Shown here: piece by piece, positions 9,273 to 18,875 of the stretch | How positions within the stretch are numbered: the stretch's first letter is position 1 | Layout of the letters: each line of letters opens with the position of its first letter | From: Bacilli bacterium | GTDB taxonomy: Bacteria; Bacillota_I; Bacilli_A; RF39; UBA660 | Reading direction: 5' to 3' | Length of the DNA: 64,000 bases | Assembly (NCBI GenBank): GCA_017548925.1 | Contig: JAFYYX010000001.1 | Span: 959,767-1,023,766, forward strand | Program-made: the position numbers and the translations under genes | Notes under the pieces: generated by a model | Told to the model about the DNA's origin: nothing | Databases searched by the model: none | The model's input: only the letters and a program-made list of their open reading frames with translations

Positions 9273-10577
9273 TTATACATTAACAAGAGATATCTTTACG
9301 TATCCATTACCTTTTTTAGCACAGCTTGAATTTGCTGTTTCCTCTGCACAATCTACAGAAGATGTTTTAGTATCAGGACTATTAGATTCAGTGCAACCAT
9401 AGCATTTCATTTCTTTACTAGAAAGTAAACTATTACCTATATAGCCTGAGCCTCCTCCACCTGGTGCATGCCATGCAGAACCGCCACCATAGTAGCCTCC
9501 GCCGCCACCGGCGTAGCAGTTACTAGTTTGGTTAGATGTAAAATTTGATCCCTTGCCAAAACTACCATCACTTGGTGGGTTATCACTTCTAGAACTTGTA
9601 CCATCACTGGAACATGCGGTAAATGAACCCGCAGCTGTTTGAGATCCACCATTACCATAGTTATAACATGTACTATTTGCAGAAACTCCATTGCCAGCTA
9701 TATATCCACCGCCAGATCCACCACGACCACTATATGATGGATAAGAAGAGTGTGTTGAAGAACCTCCGCCGCCACCAGCAACAATTAAAATATCACTTAA
9801 ATTACTAGATAGTGTGCTTAAAAGACCTGAAGTAGTAGCAATTGATGTTGCTCCTCCACCTCCGCCATGAGAACTATTATTATCCCATTTAGTTGCAAAA
9901 CCACCACCATTATATCCAGTATCACTTGAATATGTTACAGTACCAGAAGACTGAGCATAATTTACAGATGTACCTTGGCCACCAACATTTATATAAAGTT
10001 TGTCTCCCTTATTTAAGTGTATTTTACCAACTGAATATCCACCATATCCACCCATATTATAATATGAATTATAGTAGCTATCTCCACCTTGTGCTCCCCA
10101 TGCCTCAAGTTTATAAGTTCCAGTTTTTTGAGCAGTAAATATTTGCTCACTACCTGTATAATCAAAATTATATGCAACTTCTGCTTCAAAAGAATTACAA
10201 TTTCCTTTTTCTACATTAGTTATATTACCATCACTATAGGATACATAAAACTTACTATATACTAAACATGCCGCTTTAATTTTTCCATTTTCAATTTGAA
10301 CAGCACCACTATTTGGATATGTACCTGATAATTTAATTCCAAGTTCATTAAGTTCAGATGTTGAATATAATCCATCTGTTAAAGTACCAGTTACCCTTGA
10401 TAAACCTGCATTTTCTTCAACAGCTTTAAAAAAAGTAAGTGCATTTGCTTTTACTGAATTTTCATTATTTTTTTTCATAACACTACTTATTTTATTAATT
10501 GCTAAAACAGTAATAATTACTAAAACTACTATAACAGCTAAAAGTTCTATTAAAGTAAAACCTTTTTTATTCTTCAT
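9273..10577 (-). CDS. modular type IV pilin-like protein with one glycine-rich module (array gene B)
   Basis: MKNKKG|FTLIELLAVIVVLVIITVLAI. Cys pair AACLVYS..KGNC. YKLEAWGAQGG, YINVGGQG, GYNGGG, GGGGATSIA, ILIVAGGGGG, GGGGGYYGGG, GGGGSGYI. Cap is MKCYGCTES..VDC..SSCAKKGNGYVKIS. Confidence 0.85.
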   Translation of the reverse strand: MKNKKGFTLIELLAVIVVLVIITVLAINKISSVMKKNNENSVKANALTFFKAVEENAGLSRVTGTLTDGLYSTSELNELGIKLSGTYPNSGAVQIENGKIKAACLVYSKFYVSYSDGNITNVEKGNCNSFEAEVAYNFDYTGSEQIFTAQKTGTYKLEAWGAQGGDSYYNSYYNMGGYGGYSVGKIHLNKGDKLYINVGGQGTSVNYAQSSGTVTYSSDTGYNGGGFATKWDNNSSHGGGGGATSIATTSGLLSTLSSNLSDILIVAGGGGGSSTHSSYPSYSGRGGSGGGYIAGNGVSANSTCYNYGNGGSQTAAGSFTACSSDGTSSRSDNPPSDGSFGKGSNFTSNQTSNCYAGGGGGYYGGGSAWHAPGGGGSGYIGNSLLSSKEMKCYGCTESNSPDTKTSSVDCAEETANSSCAKKGNGYVKISLVNV

Positions 10578-10674
10578 AAGTATCATTTCCTACTCTAAAA
10601 TAATATTATCATTTATTAATAATTTTAACAATAAAAAAACTTAAACAACTAATTGTTATTTAAGTTATTTTTTA
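10578..10674 (-). promoter_or_regulatory. conserved intergenic cassette: terminator of gene C plus promoter and RBS of gene B
   Basis: Minus strand: imperfect hairpin plus U-run, then TTGTTA (10626-10631) -N17- TAATAT (10603-10608) with an extended -10 TG, then AGAGTAGGAAATGATACTTATG. Confidence 0.65.
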
Positions 10675-12918
10675 TTAATTTACAAAAGTAATTTTAGCGT
10701 ATCCGTTGCCTTTTTTAGCACAGTTTGAATTTGCTATATCATCGGTGCAATCAACAGAAGTTGTTTTTGTATCTTCATCAGTTGATTCAGTACAGTTATA
10801 GCATTTCATTTCTTTATTAGAAAGTAAACTGTTAGCAATATATCCAGAACCGCCTCCAGCACCTCCCCAAACGCCTGCAGAACCGCCACCATAAAAGCCG
10901 CCGCCGCCTCCAGCACCGCCGCCACCATCAGAAGCATTAGAAAGTGTTGAGTTAGCTCCTTGTCCAAATGTTCCAGAACTTGGTGTTGCACGATTAAATC
11001 TTTCATAGGAACCTCCAGAACTTTGAGTTCCACCTAGACCTTTTGAACCATCACCATTTGGTGGATTTTGACCATTTACACCGACATATCCACCACCTGA
11101 TCCACCTTTAGCATGAGATGAACCATCACTTGCTCCACCACCACCGCCGCCAGCTACTATAATAATTTTATTAATAGAAGATTCAAGAGTAAATAAAGTC
11201 CCTGACATTGTTGCAACTGAAGTAGCTCCTCCACCTGCACCATTATATGTTGAGCCGTCAACCCAATGATAAGAGTTTCCACCACCATTATAGCCACCTG
11301 TTGCATCTTGAGTTTTAGATGTAGTTGAACCTCCAGCTCCTCCAACATTGATATAAAGTTTATCACCAACATTTAGACTAATTGTTCCAGTTGAATAGCC
11401 ACCATATCCACCAGTTCCAGTATCATTATTATATCCAGATCCACCTTGTGCTCCCCATACTTCTAGTTTATAAGTACCATTTTTAGGAGCAATAAATTTT
11501 TGTTCAGTTCCGGTATAAGTATATTCTTCATTTAAAGATGAATAAACAGGTTTTTCATCTAAATAATATGCATCATATATAGCAGCATATCCATTTCCTT
11601 CATTACCAGTCATAGTAGATAAATTATCATGAGTTGGCATTTCTTCTTTACCAGATTTCATAGTAATTTTTCTGAATTTTTTTCCACTATAATGATATGA
11701 ACATTCTACGTTTGTAGTACCATTACTACAACCTGATTTCGGACTATTTGATTCACTAGATGCTACTGCAACACATCCTTTATACCCAGATATATAACTC
11801 GAACCACCAGCGCCAGGTTTCCAGTTACCTGAAGCACCTCCCCAGTAGCCGCCACCAGCGCCACCATACGAATTAGCTCCAGTTGCTCCATATCCAAAGC
11901 CGCCAATGTATGTATTTTCATACCACGTTCTATTCCATTCATTAACAGATTGCCCACCAGTTGTTTGCGTTCCTCCTGATGGAGTAAGTGAAGAATAACC
12001 ATCAAGTGATCCATAATAATAACTAGATCCACCAGTTAAAGCACCACCATATCCACCACCAGCAGGAGCTTGTACTCCAGATGAACCAGTAGCTGAATAT
12101 ATACCAGCACCACCGGCAGCAACCATTATTCTTGATCTTAAAGAGGTAGCATTATTCCAAGCACCGCTAACAAGTCTAACATCAGTTGCTCCTCCACCTG
12201 ATCCATTTTTTTGATTATAATTTGTTCTTGATACATTTCCAGCACCACCGCCATTATAACCACCAGCTATAGATCCAGTACCATCATTATATGTTCTTGA
12301 AGAACCAGCTCCACCTACATAAATATAAAGTTCATCACCTTTATCAAGATGAATTATACCTGATGTGTAAGCGCCTTTTCCACCTGCAGCATCATCAGAA
12401 GATCCACCTTGAGCACCCCATAAATCGATTTTATAATCTCCATCATGAGGGGCAACAAACTCTTGATAATCTCCAGTATATTCATATGTTTTTAACGGTG
12501 AAACATCACAGCTAAAACTCTCACTTTTACACTTACCCTTAGAAATACGCTTTACACCATTATTCTCATATTCAACTTTATATTTTCCGTAATCTAAACA
12601 AGCATTAACAACTTTATAATCATTTAAACAAACCATTGCATCATCAGGTTTAGTTCCAGATACTTTAATATCATTATTATCAAGGGCATATATATTAAAT
12701 AAACCTGCTTTAAATATTTTACTATCTAAAACATTAAGACCAGCTTTATCATTAATAGCTTTAATATAACTTAGTGCACTAGCTTCCATTGCTTTTTCTT
12801 TAGATCTTTTAGTGTATGTTCTAATTATATTTATAGCAATTAACATAATAATTATTAATACAACTACTACAGCTAAAAGTTCTACTAAAGTAAATCCTTT
12901 TTTATTCTTTTTGTTCAT
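10675..12918 (-). CDS. modular type IV pilin-like protein with two glycine-rich modules of different subtypes (array gene C)
   Basis: MNKKNKKG|FTLVELLAVVVVLIIIMLIAI. Cys pair NACLDYG..KGKC. Module 1 has YKIDLWGAQGG..ATDVRL..RIMVAAGGAG and cap SGYKGCVAV..HYSGKKF..MKSGKEEMPTHD..GNEGNGYAAI. Module 2 has YKLEVWGAQGG..ATSVA..IIIVAGGGGG and cap MKCYNCTES..CAKKGNGYAKIT. Start at 12918 follows AAAGGTAGG; the ORF-track extension upstream is probably not translated. Confidence 0.85.
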   Translation of the reverse strand: MNKKNKKGFTLVELLAVVVVLIIIMLIAINIIRTYTKRSKEKAMEASALSYIKAINDKAGLNVLDSKIFKAGLFNIYALDNNDIKVSGTKPDDAMVCLNDYKVVNACLDYGKYKVEYENNGVKRISKGKCKSESFSCDVSPLKTYEYTGDYQEFVAPHDGDYKIDLWGAQGGSSDDAAGGKGAYTSGIIHLDKGDELYIYVGGAGSSRTYNDGTGSIAGGYNGGGAGNVSRTNYNQKNGSGGGATDVRLVSGAWNNATSLRSRIMVAAGGAGIYSATGSSGVQAPAGGGYGGALTGGSSYYYGSLDGYSSLTPSGGTQTTGGQSVNEWNRTWYENTYIGGFGYGATGANSYGGAGGGYWGGASGNWKPGAGGSSYISGYKGCVAVASSESNSPKSGCSNGTTNVECSYHYSGKKFRKITMKSGKEEMPTHDNLSTMTGNEGNGYAAIYDAYYLDEKPVYSSLNEEYTYTGTEQKFIAPKNGTYKLEVWGAQGGSGYNNDTGTGGYGGYSTGTISLNVGDKLYINVGGAGGSTTSKTQDATGGYNGGGNSYHWVDGSTYNGAGGGATSVATMSGTLFTLESSINKIIIVAGGGGGGASDGSSHAKGGSGGGYVGVNGQNPPNGDGSKGLGGTQSSGGSYERFNRATPSSGTFGQGANSTLSNASDGGGGAGGGGGFYGGGSAGVWGGAGGGSGYIANSLLSNKEMKCYNCTESTDEDTKTTSVDCTDDIANSNCAKKGNGYAKITFVN

Positions 12919-13021
12919 AATAGGTAACCTACCTTTACTATATATAAATAATATCATTTATTAATAAATTTAACAATTAAAAAACTTAAGTAAATTATAT
13001 TACTTAAGTTTTTAAATATTA
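12919..13021 (-). promoter_or_regulatory. conserved intergenic cassette: terminator of gene D plus promoter and RBS of gene C
   Basis: Minus strand: hairpin ACTTAAGTAA-N6-TTACTTAAGT plus U-run, then TTGTTA-N17-TATTAT with TG at -15/-14, then AAAGGTAGG. Confidence 0.65.
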
Positions 13022-14305
13022 TTAAACGCCAAGTGAAAATAACATTGTTATTCTAACATAACCATTACCTTCGTTACCAGTCATAGCTTCATTAGTATAT
13101 GATGGCATTGATTCATTACCAGCTTTCATTTCAGGATTTAAAAATACTATTCCTGATGAGTGAGATGCACAACCACTATATCCAGATATATAACTAGATC
13201 CTCCACCAGCAGCATCAATATGTTCAGAACCAGCTCCACCATAGTAGCCACCGCCACCACCAGTAGATAATCCTGAGTTACCACCAGATCCACCTTTACC
13301 AAATGAACCATTTGCAATACTATTTCTTGTATTTACCCCACCAGCAGTTTGAGTAGCTCCACCACCTGGACCATAACCATTATTTGATTGAGCATTTTGT
13401 CCTTTTAATCCTCCGGCATATCCTCCGCCTGATCCATTAAAGCCACCACCACCTCCGGCAGCAACCATAACTCTTGAATTTAGACCATTTTCAGAGTCAA
13501 CAACTAAATCTTCTTCAGATGGTTGGGATGAGAAAATTCTAATATCGGTTGCTCCTCCACCAGAACCGTAAGTTCTACCACAGCAGCTTTGTCCATTAGT
13601 ATATCCACCACCATTATAACCGCCTGCTATATATTCAGAAACACTTTCTCTAGTTGCTCCACCTTTGCTTCCAATATAAAGATATACTTTTTGATTTTTT
13701 TGTAAAACAATTTCACCAGAAGTATATGCTCCATTACCTACACCAATAGGATTATTACCACCTTTTGCACCCCATAGTTCTATTTTGTATTTACCCTTTA
13801 CAGGCGCAGTAAATAATTGATAATTATTTGATAAATATGAATATTCATATTTATTAAGATCTAAATTAGGATATATGTTTTCATTATAATATGCGTTCAT
13901 TTCCGCTAAATCACTAAAACAATTTCCTTCAACTACAGTATCAGTATCTTCAACATTAGTTACTTTATATTCATCATAAACTAAACAATAACTTATAATG
14001 TCAAAATCATTAATAAGAACATATCCAGAGTCAGGAGTTCTACCTGAAAGTTTTATTCCCATGTCTTTAAGATCATCAACAGAATACACACCACTATCAA
14101 GTAACTCATTATCTGCAACATCTTCTCCAGCTTTATCTTTAACAAGTTTCATATAGCTAATTGCATTAGCACTAATAGCTTTCTTTTTTGCTGTTAAAGA
14201 TGAATTTCTGATTTTACTCATTGCAATTAAAAAGACTATTATTAAAACTACAACAACTGCTATAAGTTCTACTAAAGTAAAACCTTTTTTATTTATTCTT
14301 TTCAT
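13022..14305 (-). CDS. modular type IV pilin-like protein with one glycine-rich module, subtype 2 (array gene D)
   Basis: MKRINKKG|FTLVELIAVVVVLIIVFLIAM. Cys pair SYCLVYD..EGNC. YKIELWGAKGG, LYIGSKGG, GGYNGGG, GGGATDIRI, RVMVAAGGGGG, GGGGGYYGGAG, GGGSSYISGYSGC, cap ..MTGNEGNGYVRIT. Confidence 0.8.
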   Translation of the reverse strand: MKRINKKGFTLVELIAVVVVLIIVFLIAMSKIRNSSLTAKKKAISANAISYMKLVKDKAGEDVADNELLDSGVYSVDDLKDMGIKLSGRTPDSGYVLINDFDIISYCLVYDEYKVTNVEDTDTVVEGNCFSDLAEMNAYYNENIYPNLDLNKYEYSYLSNNYQLFTAPVKGKYKIELWGAKGGNNPIGVGNGAYTSGEIVLQKNQKVYLYIGSKGGATRESVSEYIAGGYNGGGYTNGQSCCGRTYGSGGGATDIRIFSSQPSEEDLVVDSENGLNSRVMVAAGGGGGFNGSGGGYAGGLKGQNAQSNNGYGPGGGATQTAGGVNTRNSIANGSFGKGGSGGNSGLSTGGGGGYYGGAGSEHIDAAGGGSSYISGYSGCASHSSGIVFLNPEMKAGNESMPSYTNEAMTGNEGNGYVRITMLFSLGV

Positions 14306-14399
14306 ATGTAGATACCTACCTTTATTATTACATAATAAATATAACATTTATTTAAATATTTAACAATTAAAAAAATAGACAAATAAATTTGTCTATTTA
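14306..14399 (-). promoter_or_regulatory. conserved intergenic cassette: terminator of gene E plus promoter and RBS of gene D
   Basis: Minus strand: hairpin ATAGACAAA-N4-TTTGTCTAT plus U-run, then TTGTTA-N17-TATATT (TG at -15/-14), then AAAGGTAGG. Confidence 0.65.
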
Positions 14400-15659
14400 T
14401 TAAATACCAGTATAGGTAATTCTTGCGTATCCATTACCAAGATTACCACGTTCTTGTTCTCCAGTATCATAGTTAGAAAATAATTCAGAACCAGATTTTA
14501 ATTTAGCATTTCTAAATTGTTTACCACTATAATGAATTGAGCAATCTATACTTGAACCAGTTTCACATTTAGGAGTAGTATCTGTTTCTGAAGTAATAGC
14601 GATACATCCTTTAAGGCCAGATATATAACCAGATCCTCCGCCTGCTCCACCATTACCATGGTTAGTAACTAAACCACCCCAGTAGCCGCCTCCAGCACCA
14701 CCTGTATCGGTTCCAGTTGTACTATTTGCTCCTATACCAAATGCATTACCTGTTGTTTGTGTTGCAGCATACTGAGAATTATATCCACCAGATATCCATG
14801 CGCCTATTCCAGAAATACCTCCTCCGGCACCTCCTCGGCCATCATTACCTGATGAACAACCATCATCAGATCCGCCGCCACCTCCAGCAACCATAATACG
14901 ACTTGCTAAAGATGCACTATCATTCCAAGTACTAGCTATTAATCTAACATCAGTTGCTCCGCCTCCAGATGTGGATGCAGAGTTTCCTCCATATCCTCCA
15001 CCATTGTAGCCACCAACTGGTCCACCATATGGATTACTTCCTCCACCGCTTTTTCCTTGTTCACCTATATAAATATATATACTTTCACCTTTTGTTAAAA
15101 GTAATTCTCCAGATGCATATCCTCCACCATCACTGTCAGTATTATTTCTCCATTTGCATCCACTAGATGCACCCCATAATTCTATTTTATAGTATCCAGG
15201 ATGTGTAGCAGTAAAAGTATGATAACTTCCGTTATAGGCATATGTTGTTACTTCATCAGAATTAACTGAATAATGTTTACAAGATTTTTTTCTAGGTTCA
15301 GATAACTTTCCATCATGATAAGTAAAATAATTTTGTCCATATCTTAAACAAGCATAATAAAGATCATAGTCATAAGTAATAACTAATGCTTCATCAGGTT
15401 TAGTACCTGATAATTTAACCCCATACTCATCTAACGTATTTAAATCATAAATTCCGTTTTTTAATCTTGTTGAAACTAAGCTATCTTCATCAAGTAGATT
15501 ATTAACACCTTTAATATAAGCTATAGCATTTGCTTTAACAGTATTTTCTTTAGTCTTTTTAGTTGATTCATTTATTTTATTTATTGCAATAAATACAATA
15601 ATAATTAAAACAACAATAACAGCAAGTAACTCTACTAAAGTAAAACCTTTTTTATTCAT
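14400..15659 (-). CDS. modular type IV pilin-like protein with one glycine-rich module, subtype 2 (array gene E)
   Basis: MNKKG|FTLVELLAVIVVLIIIVFIAI. Cys pair YACLRYG..KKSC. YKIELWGASSG, IYIYIGEQG, GGYNGGG, GGGATDVRL, RIMVAGGGGG, GGAGGGYWGG, GGGSGYISGLKGC, cap CSIHYSGKQF..LKSGSE..GNLGNGYARIT. Confidence 0.85.
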   Translation of the reverse strand: MNKKGFTLVELLAVIVVLIIIVFIAINKINESTKKTKENTVKANAIAYIKGVNNLLDEDSLVSTRLKNGIYDLNTLDEYGVKLSGTKPDEALVITYDYDLYYACLRYGQNYFTYHDGKLSEPRKKSCKHYSVNSDEVTTYAYNGSYHTFTATHPGYYKIELWGASSGCKWRNNTDSDGGGYASGELLLTKGESIYIYIGEQGKSGGGSNPYGGPVGGYNGGGYGGNSASTSGGGATDVRLIASTWNDSASLASRIMVAGGGGGSDDGCSSGNDGRGGAGGGISGIGAWISGGYNSQYAATQTTGNAFGIGANSTTGTDTGGAGGGYWGGLVTNHGNGGAGGGSGYISGLKGCIAITSETDTTPKCETGSSIDCSIHYSGKQFRNAKLKSGSELFSNYDTGEQERGNLGNGYARITYTGI

Positions 15660-15762
15660 AGATATCATATCCTACTCTAAATTAATATTATCATTTATTA
15701 CTTATTTTAACAATAAAAAAACTTAAATAATTAATTATTATTTAAGTTTTAATTATTAAAAA
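15660..15762 (-). promoter_or_regulatory. conserved intergenic cassette: terminator of gene F plus promoter and RBS of gene E
   Basis: Minus strand: AT-rich hairpin (ACTTAAATAAT..ATTATTTAAGT) plus U-run, then TTGTTA-N17-TAATAT (TG at -15/-14), then AGAGTAGGAT. Confidence 0.65.
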
Positions 15763-16971
15763 TTAATTAGTAGAAACAAGAAAAATTTTAGCATAACCAT
15801 TACCAAGTTTTGCACAGTTTTCAGTTGGTGTTTCTTCAATGCAATCAGTAGAGGTTGTTTTAGTAGCAGTTTCGTTAGATTCAGAGCATTTATAACAGTA
15901 CATTTCCGCATCTTCTAGTAATGTTGTATTTATATAACCAGAACCTCCAGTTCCACCACCACTATTATTTGCAGTTGTATAACCACCATAGAAGCCTCCG
16001 CCTCCGCCTCCAGTATCATGATTTGTAGTTACATTTTGGCCTTTTCCAAATTGAAATCCTCCAGTTTGCGAACCAGGTAAAACAGATGTATATTTACTAC
16101 CATTTATATATGCATAATTACCAATATATCCGCCACCATCTCCACCTGATCCATCATCAGACCCATTATAATAACCATTACCAATATCATCAGTACCACC
16201 ACCGCCGCCAGCAACAATTAGTACTTGTTCTTGATGATCTGATAATGATGATAATAATCCACTAGCTAAAGCAATATGTGTTGCTCCTCCACCTGATCCA
16301 GAACCATTAGATCCAGGATTACCAGATGCTCCACCACCATTATACCCACCAGCTACATGATCACCTGCAGAACCAGCGCCACCAACATTAATATAAAGTG
16401 TATCATGAGCTTGAAGAGTAATATAACCAGTAGAATATCCTCCTGAACCAGCTCTATTAGCACTTGTACTTCCAGGAGTATTTCCGCCACCTTGTGCTCC
16501 CCATACTTCAAGTTTATATATACCAGAAACTGGTGCTTTAAAAGTTTTTTCACGTCCTGTATAACTTATATTCATTTTAGGATTGATACATTCCCCTTCA
16601 ACAACATCCAAATAATTACCATCCCTATATTCAACTTTATATTCTTCATATGTTAAACAAGAATAAACTACCGTACTATTTGCAACAACAACACTACCTG
16701 TTTCTGGTTTTGTTCCATTAATAGGAATACCTAAATTATTAAGTTCATCAACGGTTAAAGTTCCCTCTATTATAGAATTATCAGTTGTTTTAAGTTCAAC
16801 AATTAATGTATTTGCAGCTTTAACATATGCTATAGAGTTAGCTAAAATAGATTTTTTCTTAGCTTCTAAAGTATGATTTTTAACAATTGTAACAGCAATA
16901 ATAATTATAATAACTAAAATAACTATAACAGCAAGAAGTTCAACTAAAGTAAAACCTTTTTTATTCTTCAT
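15763..16971 (-). CDS. modular type IV pilin-like protein with one glycine-rich module, subtype 1 (array gene F)
   Basis: MKNKKG|FTLVELLAVIVILVIIIIIAV. Cys pair YSCLTYE..EGEC. YKLEVWGAQGG, LYINVGGAG, GGYNGGG, GGGATHIA, VLIVAGGGGG, GGGGGGFYGG, GGTGGSGYI. Cap is MYCYKCSES..TDC..ENCAKLGNGYAKIF. Confidence 0.85.
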   Translation of the reverse strand: MKNKKGFTLVELLAVIVILVIIIIIAVTIVKNHTLEAKKKSILANSIAYVKAANTLIVELKTTDNSIIEGTLTVDELNNLGIPINGTKPETGSVVVANSTVVYSCLTYEEYKVEYRDGNYLDVVEGECINPKMNISYTGREKTFKAPVSGIYKLEVWGAQGGGNTPGSTSANRAGSGGYSTGYITLQAHDTLYINVGGAGSAGDHVAGGYNGGGASGNPGSNGSGSGGGATHIALASGLLSSLSDHQEQVLIVAGGGGGTDDIGNGYYNGSDDGSGGDGGGYIGNYAYINGSKYTSVLPGSQTGGFQFGKGQNVTTNHDTGGGGGGFYGGYTTANNSGGGTGGSGYINTTLLEDAEMYCYKCSESNETATKTTSTDCIEETPTENCAKLGNGYAKIFLVSTN

Positions 16972-17066
16972 AGATATCATATCCTACTCTAAAATAATAT
17001 TATCATTTATTGATTATTTTAACAATAATAAAAAACTTAAACAATTAATGTTTAAGTTTTATATTT
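16972..17066 (-). promoter_or_regulatory. conserved intergenic cassette: terminator of gene G plus promoter and RBS of gene F
   Basis: Minus strand: hairpin AACTTAAACA-N6-TGTTTAAGTT plus U-run, then TTGTTA-N17-TAATAT (TG at -15/-14), then AGAGTAGGAT. Confidence 0.65.
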
Positions 17067-18875
17067 TTATTCAATATCATTTCCTTTAGTAAAAGTTCCA
17101 GTTCCTGAATTAGCATAAAACTTTTTAGATATTGTATCACATAAACCTATAGTTCCTTCAGTTTTGTGATAGCAAGGGACAAGATCATTAACAAGACTAG
17201 TTCCATTTGTAATTTTTACATTATAAAGTTTTAATGAAGAAAACGAGTCATAATTTCCTTTGTTATTATTTGCAAAAATAGCGTATCCAGGATTACTATC
17301 TATATTTAATGTGCCTAGATTTGATGATATTTCCGAACTACCAAAAATATATTTGTTGTTACCATTATAGTTAAGTTTAATATCACATATACCAGGACAA
17401 CTTGCAGAAACTGAAGTTGATGTTTCAGCCCAATTATTCCAACCATAATTAACTTGATTATTTTCAAATGATGAATACATTCTTGAATTACCATTACCCA
17501 TTGAACCAAATATGCAACCCGATGTTGAAGAAGAAGTAAACAACACTTTAGCTAAAACTCCATATTGATTTGTTGGCACAATGTCAGTTGCAATATACTG
17601 AGTTCCAGATGATTCAATATACTCTACAAATTGATAATCTTCTAAAGGATCTTCAGGATAAAAAATATTTGCATTATATGTGATTCTAGCAAAACCATGA
17701 TCTTTTTTTGCACATTCAGGTGTTGGATCAGACTCAGCACAATTAACTGATATAGTATTTGTAGATTCTATATTAGATGTAGTGCAATTATAACAGTACA
17801 TAGACTTTTCAGATAATTTTGAGTTACCTATATAACTAGAACCTCCAGCACCTGAACCAACAATTGCGTCATTATATGATCCGCCACCACCACCATAGTA
17901 GCCGCCGCCACCGCCGCCACCGTGATTATTATATTGACTTCCACCTAAACCAAACGTACCATCGGTTCCACTACCAGCGCCAGATGCACCATGTCCACCT
18001 TCAGTTTGTGTTCCACCAGTTGCAACAGTAAAAGAAGCTGATCCATTATAGCGATAGTAACCTCCAGGCATTCCAGATATTCCTCCAGCTGCTCCACCAT
18101 TAGAACCACCATTGTATTTATCAGAACCACCGCCGCCTCCGGCAACAATTAATACTTTATCAACATTACCAGATAGTGTAGATAGTAAGCCAGATTTAGT
18201 AGCTATTGAAGTAGCTCCTCCGCCACCTCGAGCATTATAATTAGATCCTGCTACTCCACCACCGTTATATCCTCCAGAAGTACTAGTTGAAGTGCCACCT
18301 ACATTAATGTATAATTTATCTCCACTTTTTAAATAAATCATTCCAGTAGAATACGCCCCATAACCACCAATTGTAGAATATGATCCACCTTGAGCACCCC
18401 ATACTTCTAAAATGTACTCACCACTAAATGGAACAGTAAATACTTCTTCTTTATTTTTATAAGTAAAATTATAACTTATAGGTAAGTCTTCACATTCATC
18501 CCTAGTAATATCTGAAAAATTTCCATCATCGTAAGTTATATTGTATCCACTATAAACAAAGCAAGCAAATTTTACTTCTGAATTTGAAAACACTACATAA
18601 CCACTATCAGGTTTGGTACCAGAAATCTTAACTCCTTCTGAATCAAGTTCAAAAATAGAAAGTTTTCCACTTTCATAGTTATCATCATTAATAGTTTTTT
18701 CTGATATAAAACCATTAACAGCTTTAACATATAAACCTGCATTAGCTACAATAGTTTTATCTCTTGCATCTTTAGTAGATTTATTAACTTTATTAATAGC
18801 AATAAAAACAATAATAATTAATATAATTACTACTGCCATAAGTTCAACTAAAGTAAAACCTTTTTTATTCTTCAT
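17067..18875 (-). CDS. modular type IV pilin-like protein with one glycine-rich module plus an extra ~200-aa non-glycine C-terminal domain (array gene G)
   Basis: MKNKKG|FTLVELMAVVIILIIIVFIAI. Cys pair FACFVYS..RDEC. YILEVWGAQGG, LYINVGG, GGYNGGG, GGGGATSIA, VLIVAGGGGG. Cap is MYCYNCTTS..VNC..PECAKKDHGFARIT. It then continues with YQFVEYIESSGTQYIATDIVP...FYANSGTGTFTKGNDIE (approx. 17067-17672). Confidence 0.85.
   Translation of the reverse strand: MKNKKGFTLVELMAVVIILIIIVFIAINKVNKSTKDARDKTIVANAGLYVKAVNGFISEKTINDDNYESGKLSIFELDSEGVKISGTKPDSGYVVFSNSEVKFACFVYSGYNITYDDGNFSDITRDECEDLPISYNFTYKNKEEVFTVPFSGEYILEVWGAQGGSYSTIGGYGAYSTGMIYLKSGDKLYINVGGTSTSTSGGYNGGGVAGSNYNARGGGGATSIATKSGLLSTLSGNVDKVLIVAGGGGGSDKYNGGSNGGAAGGISGMPGGYYRYNGSASFTVATGGTQTEGGHGASGAGSGTDGTFGLGGSQYNNHGGGGGGGYYGGGGGSYNDAIVGSGAGGSSYIGNSKLSEKSMYCYNCTTSNIESTNTISVNCAESDPTPECAKKDHGFARITYNANIFYPEDPLEDYQFVEYIESSGTQYIATDIVPTNQYGVLAKVLFTSSSTSGCIFGSMGNGNSRMYSSFENNQVNYGWNNWAETSTSVSASCPGICDIKLNYNGNNKYIFGSSEISSNLGTLNIDSNPGYAIFANNNKGNYDSFSSLKLYNVKITNGTSLVNDLVPCYHKTEGTIGLCDTISKKFYANSGTGTFTKGNDIE

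Noticed and set aside
12919-12957. N-terminal extensions in the ORF track (MILFIYSKGRLPI- for gene C, MLYLLCNNKGRYLH- for gene D at 14306-14347, MIS/MIL- prefixes on the others).
   Set aside because: The extensions run through the predicted RBS and promoter region. The internal ATG gives the canonical short basic prepilin leader (MKNKKG|F) at a proper distance from the SD.
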